From NCBI GenBank assembly GCA_041659225.1, contig JBAZYR010000004.1, positions 9,867 through 73,866 on the forward strand: a DNA stretch of 64,000 bases, written 5' to 3'. Made by a program: the position numbers and the translations under genes. This document shows positions 56,612-64,000 of the stretch, piece by piece. Source of the stretch: Candidatus Staskawiczbacteria bacterium. Lineage in GTDB: Bacteria; Patescibacteriota; Minisyncoccia; Minisyncoccales; Staskawiczbacteraceae. How positions within the stretch are numbered: position 1 is the stretch's first letter; the number at the start of each line of letters is the position of its first letter. The notes beneath the pieces are model-generated. The model worked only from the letters and a program-made list of their open reading frames with translations, was not told where the DNA came from and did not search any database.

Positions 56612-57328
56612 ATGGTTGATGCTTTACTTTCTTATTCACAATCTGAAAGAAAGCACACGACCCCTTCTCGAGTAATCGAGATTGCAAAACCAGCTCATAA
56701 CGGTGAAACCTTCAAGTTTTATGTTAAAATTAATATACAAACTAATGGTAATACCGTGGGAAGTATAAGTACTAATTTTTGTAATTTTTTCTCTAAAATA
56801 GAAGATTCGTATATCTTAGGTCTTTGGTGCGCGGATAGCTATTGGTGGTCTAGTTCAGTCGGATTAAGCAATACCGATGACAAATTAATTGGTGAATTCA
56901 GAAAATTTTTGAAGAAAATTTTCCCTGAAGAAAGAATCAAATTTAATCGAAACCATATTTTCGTCAATAGTCGTCCGCTACTCAGAGAATTTATATCGGC
57001 AAAGGCGAGTTTAGACAGGTTGGAAGACCCTGATATAATTAAAGCATATTTCGCCGGACGGTTTGACGGTGATGGCTCGATTGATAAAAACCTAAGAAAT
57101 GATTGCAGGATAGTTTATGGGAGAAAGGAGGAAGCTGAAATGGATAAGAAACTTCTTGGGAAGATTAGAATTAGTAACACTAAAATTTATTACTATAAAG
57201 GAGCAAGAACATTTTGCCTTTATATTTCTAGATACCAGGCAAAGGAATTCCTTGGAAATATTTATCCTTATTCAATAAAATTACAGAAATTAGTACTTGT
57301 ACCCCGTAGAGACTTAGTTTTCCACTAA
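56612..57328 (+). CDS. LAGLIDADG-family homing endonuclease (two-motif, monomeric type)
   Basis: ILGLWCADSYWW and KAYFAGRFDGDGSI motifs. The only upstream in-frame ATG outside pure rRNA sequence is the ATG of the exon GCATGG at the junction. Confidence 0.8.
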   Translation: MVDALLSYSQSERKHTTPSRVIEIAKPAHNGETFKFYVKINIQTNGNTVGSISTNFCNFFSKIEDSYILGLWCADSYWWSSSVGLSNTDDKLIGEFRKFLKKIFPEERIKFNRNHIFVNSRPLLREFISAKASLDRLEDPDIIKAYFAGRFDGDGSIDKNLRNDCRIVYGRKEEAEMDKKLLGKIRISNTKIYYYKGARTFCLYISRYQAKEFLGNIYPYSIKLQKLVLVPRRDLVFH

Positions 57329-57442
57329 CAAAGGACGGAGAACTTAATAGCTTACCATGCTATTACACGCTGGTCCCCTAATCCCGCTTTGCGGGACGGG
57401 TGATGGTATAGTCCATACTTTTGGAAACAAGAGAACAATATG
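56618..57442 (+). mobile_element. Intervening sequence / intron-like insertion in 16S carrying a homing endonuclease gene
   Basis: Conserved GCATGGYTGTCGTCAGC is split as GCATGGTT | insert | GTCGTCAGC. The boundary is ambiguous by a few nt because ATGGT is repeated at both junctions. Confidence 0.8.
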
Positions 57443-57981
57443 GTCGTCAGCTCGTGTCTTGAGACGTACCGTTAATTCGGGTAACGAGCGCAACCCTTGT
57501 CTTATGTTTTATATGTCATAAGAGACTGCCCGGGATAACTGGGAGGAAGGTGAGGATGACGCCAAATCAGCATGGTCCTTTGATGCCCTGGGCCGCACAC
57601 GTGGTACAATGGCCGGTACAATGGGTTTGCCAACCCGAAAGGGGGAGCTAATCCCACCAAAACCGGTCTCAGTTCGGATTGAGGGCTGAAACCCGCCCTC
57701 ATGAAGCCGGAATCGCTAGTAATCGCCGATCAGCTACGCGGCGATGAATATGTTCCTGAGTCTTGTACTCACCGCCCGTCACGCCAAGCGAGCTGGGAAC
57801 AGCCGAAATTCCTCGCAAGGGGACTTAAGCTGGGCTCAGTAAGAGGGGCGAAGTCGTAACAAGGCACGGGTAGCGGAAGCTGCTCGTGGATCAATTTTTT
57901 TTATTTTTTTGTCGACTTAGGTTGAAATCGAAAATTTGGATTTCAACTTAAAAGCGTTTGGGGTGAATCGCTTGAAATTCA

Positions 57982-58010
57982 CCTATTCGAAACAACTTTA
58001 AGAAACTAAA
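57982..58010 (+). promoter_or_regulatory. 3' strand of the pre-16S processing stem
   Basis: CCTATTCGAAACAACTTTAAGAAACTAAA, complementary to 55522-55550. Confidence 0.8.
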
Positions 58011-58086
58011 CAAAGAATCCGGAACTGTTTTCGGGTTTTTTGTTTATATGCTTGAAAAGCTAGAGAAAAAAGGTAAGATGTAGTTA

Positions 58087-58380
58087 ATGATATGGAAATA
58101 TTTTTCTTATTTTCTTGTAGGATTTATAGGGTTTGCGATTGGACGAGTAGGGCATATTCTTGGGGGACAGGTTGCTTGGATTCCGCACCATTGGATATTC
58201 GGATTAATACTTCTGTCTGCCGGGTTAGTATGTTTACTCTTTAAGCGAGGTAGAAACATCGGATATTATCTTATATTTTTCGGCGCAGGTGTGTTTATAA
58301 GCGACTTTAGGGATTTCACGCTTGGAAGAGTGTGGGAATTGGATGATGTAACAATATTAAAATTTTGGGGAGTAGATTAA
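58087..58380 (+). CDS. Hypothetical small membrane protein between 16S and tRNA-Ala
   Basis: 97 aa with three hydrophobic helices. Confidence 0.5.
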   Translation: MIWKYFSYFLVGFIGFAIGRVGHILGGQVAWIPHHWIFGLILLSAGLVCLLFKRGRNIGYYLIFFGAGVFISDFRDFTLGRVWELDDVTILKFWGVD

Positions 58381-58388
58381 AATTTATT

Positions 58389-58460
58389 GGGCCCTTAGTT
58401 CAGTGGTAGAACGCCTCATTTGCAATGAGGAGATCACCGGTTCGAGTCCGGTAGGGTCCA
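58389..58460 (+). tRNA. tRNA-Ala (anticodon UGC)
   Basis: Acceptor GGGCCCT/AGGGTCC with the G3:U70 identity pair, anticodon loop TTTGCAA, T loop TTCGAGT. CCA not encoded. Confidence 0.9.
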
Positions 58461-58554
58461 CAATTTGGCGCAACATTTTGGACACAAGCAAGTTGTAAAA
58501 AGCCTGTTTTTGTTTGAAGTGTGGATAGTATTGACACGTGTTGCAGATTATTCA

Positions 58555-58563
58555 TGGTACAAT
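58555..58563 (+). promoter_or_regulatory. Extended -10 element TGGTACAAT placed for a leaderless transcript
   Basis: The -10 ends 6 nt before the A of the ATG at 58570. Confidence 0.4.
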
Positions 58564-58569
58564 GCAGTC

Positions 58570-61539
58570 ATGCGTATATATCCCATTTTATTCGTATTAG
58601 CCATCGTTGCCCTCTTGGTTGCCATCGGCATTCTTTTCAAGGTTATTCCTTGGATGCAACCTGCCTCCGTGCTTAACCCGACCTCCGTAATGCTTAATTT
58701 ATTGTTCAACGGAAACATGGATGATTCCTCCGGTCATGGAAACAACGCTGTCTGCTCCGGAACCTGTCCGTCATACCTGGCCAGCGGGGGTTTACTCGGT
58801 AGCGGTGCTTACTCTTTTGACGGCACTACCAACTATTTGGCCGTTGCCAATAATTCCAACATCAATCTTACTGACAATTTCAGCTTGACGGCCTGGGTTA
58901 AGACCAACTCTGATCCGGCGACTGATGAATGGCAGGGGATTTTGGTTAAAGGTACAAATGATAGCCAGCGGTCCTGGAGTCTTTACCTCCACTACAAAGC
59001 CGTGGAAATTCAATGGTTAAACGGCACTTGGCAATCTTTCAGCGCAGCCTCGGCAAACATTCAATCTAACCAATGGTATCAAATTGTTTACACTAAGAAC
59101 GGAGCCAATCAGGCGATTTATCTGAATGGCGTTCCTTTGTCGACCTCAGGCAGCTCTGCAACCATGATTGCCAATAATGATCCGCTGTATATCGGTGGCA
59201 ATGCCATTTATCCTGAGGAACGATTCAATGGCGTTATCGACAGCTTGCGGATCGTCAACCAGGTTCTTTCACCGGCCGAAGTAAGTACTCTTTATCAGGA
59301 GGACCAAACACAACCTCCTTCTGGCGATACCAATTGCGTTAAAGCAGACGTTAATACTAGTGGTGAAGTTGATAATTTTGACGTTCTTTTTGTTCGAGGC
59401 CAATTAAGGTGTGATATAGGTGCTGGTGCACCTAATTGTGTCAAAGCAGACGTTAATACTAGCGGTAAAGTTGATAATTTTGACGTTCTTTTTGTTCGAG
59501 GCCAAATGGGCTGCACCGTGCCGCAACAGTACTCCATTGTCGCCACGGCTGGCGCTGGTGGGACAATCGATCCTATTGGCACGGTCACTGTCAACTCAGG
59601 AGATACCAAGACCTTTGCTATTAGTCCTGATGCAACCCATCAAATAAACCAGGTGGTAGTTGATGGCCTCGAGAAAGGAGCAATTTCGACTTTCACTTTT
59701 TCCGATATAACTGTCAATCATACTATCAGCGCAAGTTTTAGTTCAGTACCCCAAACGCAGTTGAAGCCAATCGCTCGGTGGGACACCGTGCCTTACCAGA
59801 GGATCGATCCAGCTCACCCCTTGAATCTATCAGTAGTCGCTTTTTCAAAATATGGAATTAACCGTGTCGTCTTCAAGATAAGCGGCGGTGGTTATACCGG
59901 CCTAGACAAAACAGCAACCGCAATGTCGCTCAATCCCCAAACCGGAGTTTGGGAATACTGGGTGCCATTAACGGCCGCCGAATTCGATACTAACAGTGCC
60001 ATCACCGTCGAAGCTACCGTGTATGGAAACGATGGCGGAGTCAGAGACAAAAATACTAACGCTGCTGTTTACGGTTCCGGCCTTAGTCCCGTCACTTTGG
60101 TGGTCGTACCGCAGTCTAACGCCGACCAGTATCAGAGAGCTTATGCTTGGGTTGATAATACAAATGGAAACGATGGTGTCACTAATGCCGTGAGCACAAG
60201 CGTCAATGATCCCGGCGCAGGTAAATATTTCAAGACTATCAACGCGGCTGCCCGGGCCATCCAAACCTATCGTGGCGGTAACGCGGACGGCGCGATGATT
60301 TATGTAAAGAGCGGAACTTACAACACTGCCGGCAGCAACAGCGGGTTCGTTAGGGGCAGCAACGAGTGGCTGACCATTTCGGCAGCACCTGGTTTGGCGA
60401 GAACTGATGTCGTTATCACAGCTGCTAGTGGAATTTATAATATCGAGCGGGCACATGTCCAAGGCCTTACTCTGAGCAATACCTCGAATGGTGCAAGTGT
60501 GATCAAGAATTGTTATCCCGGAGCGAGTTGCGATCCAGCCAACGTTAAGGTCTGGATTGATAACTCTCACATACTTGGCATTGGCCGCTGGCCGGAGGGA
60601 TCTGCAAACGGCGGAATTTACACCGGGCCGGTCAACCCCGATATCCCTGAAGTTTATTGGACCGATAGCGAAGTCAATAAATCAAACTTTGGCGTTTACA
60701 CTCAAAATACGGTCTTGGTCCGGGGCTTGTACATTCACGAAATTAGCAATGATCCCTTCCAGGCGGCACCACTGGTTATTAATACCCGCGTCGACGATGT
60801 CCGCGGAAATTATTTAGACTCACTGGGTAACAAACAACCGCATGCCGATCTTTTCCAGCCCGGGGCAGACGCCGATAATTTTATTATGTACAACGTACGC
60901 GCCACCGGCCTGCATTACGATATTTTTTGGAGTAATATCTATGCTGATGCCGCTACGGCTACCGGCATTGCCTTAGTTAATGTCTTCGCCGAGATTGACC
61001 TGGATCCTAATCCGGCCTATGGCAATAGGCCTGTTGTCTTCGGCGGGATTCTCGGCCAGTACAATCATCTTTTAATGTGGCATAACACCTATATATGGGG
61101 GGCGGGATCCATCCCAAGCGATCATTTGCCTCTAGCGATTTATCTTACCAAAAGTTATCCGGGAAATTTTCGACAATATTCCGTCATCAATAGTTCCTTC
61201 CGGGGAAATTTGTTCGATGCGCTCGGAATCAACAATCTCGACAACGGCGAGCCTTGGTACCAAGAACCTTATCTGACAAACCACGGAGACGAATTTTTGG
61301 ACAACCATTTTGTAAACGTTAACCCGACCGGAGATTATTACCATGGTGCTGCTTACGGTTTAAGATACTCGTCCGGTGATCCGCAAATTAATCGGAATCT
61401 CCAGTCGCCAACAATCGGACAGCCATTGAGCGCCGGTTCACCCTTGGTTAATCGAGAGAATGTTCCTCCTGTACCTGCCGACGCCAATGGCAAAGCGCGG
61501 TCAACTACCGGAGCAACAATTGGGGCATTCGAGTTCTAG
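58570..61539 (+). CDS. Membrane-anchored surface protein: LamG/concanavalin-like lectin domain, two dockerin-like repeats, InlB-B-repeat-like domain, probable beta-helix C-terminal region
   Basis: TM anchor MRIYPILFVLAIVALLVAIGILF. LamG-like FDGTTNYLAV..FSLTAWVK..LYIGGN..FNGVIDSLRI. 2x NCVKADVNTSG(E/K)VDNFDVLFVRGQ. YSIVATAGAGGTIDP..TISASF. Confidence 0.8.
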   Translation: MRIYPILFVLAIVALLVAIGILFKVIPWMQPASVLNPTSVMLNLLFNGNMDDSSGHGNNAVCSGTCPSYLASGGLLGSGAYSFDGTTNYLAVANNSNINLTDNFSLTAWVKTNSDPATDEWQGILVKGTNDSQRSWSLYLHYKAVEIQWLNGTWQSFSAASANIQSNQWYQIVYTKNGANQAIYLNGVPLSTSGSSATMIANNDPLYIGGNAIYPEERFNGVIDSLRIVNQVLSPAEVSTLYQEDQTQPPSGDTNCVKADVNTSGEVDNFDVLFVRGQLRCDIGAGAPNCVKADVNTSGKVDNFDVLFVRGQMGCTVPQQYSIVATAGAGGTIDPIGTVTVNSGDTKTFAISPDATHQINQVVVDGLEKGAISTFTFSDITVNHTISASFSSVPQTQLKPIARWDTVPYQRIDPAHPLNLSVVAFSKYGINRVVFKISGGGYTGLDKTATAMSLNPQTGVWEYWVPLTAAEFDTNSAITVEATVYGNDGGVRDKNTNAAVYGSGLSPVTLVVVPQSNADQYQRAYAWVDNTNGNDGVTNAVSTSVNDPGAGKYFKTINAAARAIQTYRGGNADGAMIYVKSGTYNTAGSNSGFVRGSNEWLTISAAPGLARTDVVITAASGIYNIERAHVQGLTLSNTSNGASVIKNCYPGASCDPANVKVWIDNSHILGIGRWPEGSANGGIYTGPVNPDIPEVYWTDSEVNKSNFGVYTQNTVLVRGLYIHEISNDPFQAAPLVINTRVDDVRGNYLDSLGNKQPHADLFQPGADADNFIMYNVRATGLHYDIFWSNIYADAATATGIALVNVFAEIDLDPNPAYGNRPVVFGGILGQYNHLLMWHNTYIWGAGSIPSDHLPLAIYLTKSYPGNFRQYSVINSSFRGNLFDALGINNLDNGEPWYQEPYLTNHGDEFLDNHFVNVNPTGDYYHGAAYGLRYSSGDPQINRNLQSPTIGQPLSAGSPLVNRENVPPVPADANGKARSTTGATIGAFEF
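59332..59507 (+). repeat. Two near-identical 74-nt direct repeats with 102-nt period encoding dockerin/EF-hand-like segments
   Basis: Copies at 59332-59405 and 59434-59507 differ at only a few positions. Confidence 0.85.
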
Positions 61540-61556
61540 TTTCAGATCTAGCGAAG

Positions 61557-61582
61557 CCCGAGATATATACCTCGGGTTTTTT
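61557..61582 (+). terminator. Rho-independent terminator after the LamG protein gene
   Basis: CCCGAG-atatatac-CTCGGG followed by TTTTTT. Confidence 0.75.
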
Positions 61583-61675
61583 GTTTGACAACTTATCATA
61601 TCTATTGTAGTAATAAAATAGTACATTTTATTCCCAAACTGATATCTAATTACGCAAGCTTAGAAAGGAGCTGTG

Positions 61676-62740
61676 ATGAGTGAATCTCTACACGAGGGTG
61701 CGATGACCGCAATGGTAACGCCTTTTACGGATCATTCCCGAATTGATTGGAACGGATTTGCTAAGAATATTCAATTCCAAAGGTCTCAAGGGATTCGCTG
61801 TATCGTTCCCGTCGGAACGACTGGCGAATCGCCCACGATTACGCCGACCGAACATCGCGATTTGATTCATGCCGCGATTAGCTGCACGCGGGGAACAGGC
61901 ATGGATATTCTCCCCGGTTGTGGGTCAAACTCGACCGAGGAGGCGATGGATTATATTGAAGTCGCTAACCGGCTTGGCTGTCGCGGAGCTCTGCTTGTGG
62001 ATCCGTATTATAACGGGCCGTCGTCGATCGAAATTCGCGATGAATATTATGGGGTGCTCGCCGTCAATAATCAGAATCCTAACTTTTTGCTTGTTCCATA
62101 CATAATCCCGGGACGAACTGGTTGTTCGCTTGCGCCCGAGGATTTGGTACAGCTGGCCTTGAATTATCCTCATAGCTTCCGGGCCGTTAAAGAAGCGACC
62201 GGTGATCTTAACCGAATGCTACGTACCCGAAGCCTGTTGGTGGCCTCTGGGATTCGCGACTTCCAGATTATTTCGGGCGACGACGACAAAACTGCTGAGA
62301 TGATTACCTCCGACGTTCTTTCCTGCGGGGTTATCTCTGTCACTTCTAATATCGCTCCGGCTGCCGTCCAACAGATGTGCATGCTGTTACTCCGCGGGGG
62401 CGAGAACGAAGCCTTGGCTATACGCAACCAGCTAGCACCTTTGTTCAAGGTGGTTACATTTCTAGCCGATCGATTCATAAAGGGTGGGGCGACGGTTACA
62501 GATAAGTTCCGGAACCCGCTTCCTGTGAAGATTATGATGGATGTACTCGGAATGCCTGCTGGCTCATGCCGTAGGCCTTTGGGTCGGATGACCGCTTCTG
62601 GTATCGGAATTTTGATGCAAGCTCTGCAGACTGTGTGGAAAGAAAGCCCTTGGATATTAAGACCCATCGAAGAGTTCTACGGCGTCGACATCCAATCTCG
62701 CATTAACGATCATGAACTTTGGGAAAAACATCAGTATTAA
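61676..62740 (+). CDS. DapA/NAL-family class I aldolase, 4-hydroxy-tetrahydrodipicolinate synthase-like (GC-richer islet)
   Basis: VPVGTTGESPT, DPYYNGPS, FRAVKEATGD (Schiff-base Lys context). AAAGGAG 5 nt before the ATG. About 60 aa longer than typical DapA. Confidence 0.75.
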   Translation: MSESLHEGAMTAMVTPFTDHSRIDWNGFAKNIQFQRSQGIRCIVPVGTTGESPTITPTEHRDLIHAAISCTRGTGMDILPGCGSNSTEEAMDYIEVANRLGCRGALLVDPYYNGPSSIEIRDEYYGVLAVNNQNPNFLLVPYIIPGRTGCSLAPEDLVQLALNYPHSFRAVKEATGDLNRMLRTRSLLVASGIRDFQIISGDDDKTAEMITSDVLSCGVISVTSNIAPAAVQQMCMLLLRGGENEALAIRNQLAPLFKVVTFLADRFIKGGATVTDKFRNPLPVKIMMDVLGMPAGSCRRPLGRMTASGIGILMQALQTVWKESPWILRPIEEFYGVDIQSRINDHELWEKHQY

Positions 62741-62765
62741 CAAATCATCAGTATTAACGAATTAT

Positions 62766-62790
62766 GGGAGGCTCGCGCCTCTCTTTTTTT
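62766..62790 (+). terminator. Rho-independent terminator
   Basis: GGGAGGC-tcgc-GCCTCTC followed by T7. Confidence 0.7.
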
Positions 62791-62870
62791 GTCGATTTGA
62801 CATTTTCGTCACAAACTGGTACTTTGAGGCTAGCCGTTTGACAAGTTTTCTATGGAAGGAGAATAGCACC

Positions 62871-63464
62871 GTGAAAGATATCTGTGTTTGGTTTGTCGCT
62901 ATTTCTTCAATCTTTTTTTCACTTTGTTATGTCTTCCAGATTTGGAGAAGAAAAGCCACCCCAACGCTTTCTACTTGGATCATATTCTTGGTAGGATGCT
63001 GCTTGAGTTTTTCAACTTATGTTGTAGCAGCTAACAAGGATATTAAGTCAGGAGTTCTTAATACGGTTGACCTTACCTATGTGTCGATTATTCTATTAGC
63101 CATACTTCTATGGGGCAAGCACGAGGTGAGACTCAAGTCATTCGAAAAATGGTATTTGATCGGGGCGGTAGCAATCATGGTATATGGCCTTGTAACCGGC
63201 AATGCTTGGACCTCAAATGTTATGACTCAAATACTTATGAGCTTCGCATATTTTCCGATGTTCCATAAGCTCATAAGTCAAAAGAAAAATACGGAATCAT
63301 TTTTCGCTTGGATTCCCGCAGCCGTCAATGCTTTGGTTGCTCTATATCCTGCAATCCACGACGGTAATACATTGGCGGTAATCTACGCTACTCGAGCTTT
63401 CAGTCTTTCCTTAACAACCGCGCTGATAATGGCATACTATCAATTAAAGGATTTTAAAAAATAA
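62871..63464 (+). CDS. Hypothetical multi-pass membrane protein, 197 aa (GC-richer islet)
   Basis: GTG start 8 nt after GGAAGGAGA, preferred over the tracked ATG at 62712. Six or seven hydrophobic helices. Confidence 0.55.
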   Translation: MKDICVWFVAISSIFFSLCYVFQIWRRKATPTLSTWIIFLVGCCLSFSTYVVAANKDIKSGVLNTVDLTYVSIILLAILLWGKHEVRLKSFEKWYLIGAVAIMVYGLVTGNAWTSNVMTQILMSFAYFPMFHKLISQKKNTESFFAWIPAAVNALVALYPAIHDGNTLAVIYATRAFSLSLTTALIMAYYQLKDFKK

Positions 63465-63492
63465 ACTCTTGTGGCCGACACGGAGTTTTTTT
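63465..63492 (+). terminator. Hairpin terminator
   Basis: CTCTTGTG / CACCGGAG imperfect stem followed by T7. Confidence 0.5.
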
Positions 63493-63529
63493 CATTGTAT
63501 TCAGCGTAAAAAAATGATATTAGAAACAT

Positions 63530-64000
63530 ATGGCTTTATCAATTGGAATCGTCGGTTTACCGAACGTGGGTAAATCAACATTATTTAAAACTCTTACGAA
63601 AAAGGAAGTGGATATCGCCAATTATCCGTTCTGTACAATTGATCCCAATGTCGGGGTTGTTTTGGTTCCCGACGAAAGAGTTGATAAGCTGGCTCAGCTT
63701 ACTAATTCGGCTAAAAAAATATATACAACCATTGAGTTTGTGGATATAGCCGGGCTGGTTAAAGGAGCGAGTGAAGGGGAGGGATTAGGCAATAAATTTC
63801 TGGCCAATATCCGGGAAACCGATGCGGTGCTATATATTCTTCGTTCTTTCGTTAATCCCGATATCATTAATACCCAGGAAACCGTGAGCCCGTTGCGCGA
63901 CAAAGGTATTTTAGATGTTGAATTAATTCTTAAGGATTTAGATACTGTTTCAAAAAGACTGCAGAGTTTAGAAGGGGATGTGCGGGCAAGTAAAAAAGAA
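63530..64000 (+). CDS. ychF: Ribosome-binding ATPase YchF, N-terminal part (runs off the window end)
   Basis: MALSIGIVGLPNVGKSTLFKTLT, NYPFCTIDPNVG, DIAGLVKGASEGEGLGNKFL. The frame has no stop in the window and is absent from the ORF track. Confidence 0.9.
   Translation, partial: MALSIGIVGLPNVGKSTLFKTLTKKEVDIANYPFCTIDPNVGVVLVPDERVDKLAQLTNSAKKIYTTIEFVDIAGLVKGASEGEGLGNKFLANIRETDAVLYILRSFVNPDIINTQETVSPLRDKGILDVELILKDLDTVSKRLQSLEGDVRASKKE

Noticed and set aside
57502-57702. 66-aa minus-strand ORF.
   Set aside because: It lies entirely inside conserved 16S rRNA sequence.
63543-63903. ORFs 63543-63749(+) and 63694-63903(-).
   Set aside because: They overlap the clearly conserved ychF frame starting at 63530. 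That frame runs off the window end and so was not in the ORF track.

Overview
This 64-kb window looks like chromosome from a small-genome, AT-rich bacterium of the Candidate Phyla Radiation / Patescibacteria type. Hand-counted 60-nt sample lines give about 38-40% GC in housekeeping genes. Genes are tightly packed.

Main gene content:
- Information processing: gyrB 3' end, secE-nusG-rplK, gatB, miaA-miaB, thrS, dnaE, rnhB, rpmF, nusB, rnc, rpsP, ftsZ, a shortened prfA, rpmE, rpsB, tsf, rplY and the ychF 5' end.
- A dTMP-synthesis cluster: dCMP deaminase, tmk and a ThyX-like gene.
- A glycolysis/fermentation block: eno, gpmA, gap, pduL, ackA, ppsA, a PfkB kinase, class II aldolase and a ferredoxin.
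- Two type IV pilin paralogs, two tRNAs (Thr-UGU, Ala-UGC), and one 16S rRNA gene with no 23S gene in the 6 kb downstream.

Observations worth a second look:
1. The 16S gene carries an ~825-nt intervening sequence encoding a LAGLIDADG homing endonuclease. Its 3' tail has no CCUCC anti-Shine-Dalgarno sequence.
2. The AT-rich housekeeping genes have essentially no Shine-Dalgarno sites. About seven short GC-richer islets (~50-55% GC in sample lines) carry strong GGAGG-type sites, their own TTGACA-type promoters and flanking hairpin terminators. This looks like a mosaic of foreign insertions.
3. A 1729-aa secreted protein (20104-25293) is built from tandem ~90-aa modules with 16 conserved cysteines each, plus a C-terminal PKD-like domain.
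4. A ~600-nt GC-rich unit runs from a promoter to a terminator and contains only SD-led micro-ORFs.
5. trxB is interrupted by a single in-frame TAA.
6. An RF1 lacks domain 1.
7. A LamG / beta-helix surface protein has two dockerin-like repeats.

No CRISPR array, transposase or prophage genes were recognised. All coordinates and motif calls were made by eye from the sequence. GC values are hand counts on a few lines only.
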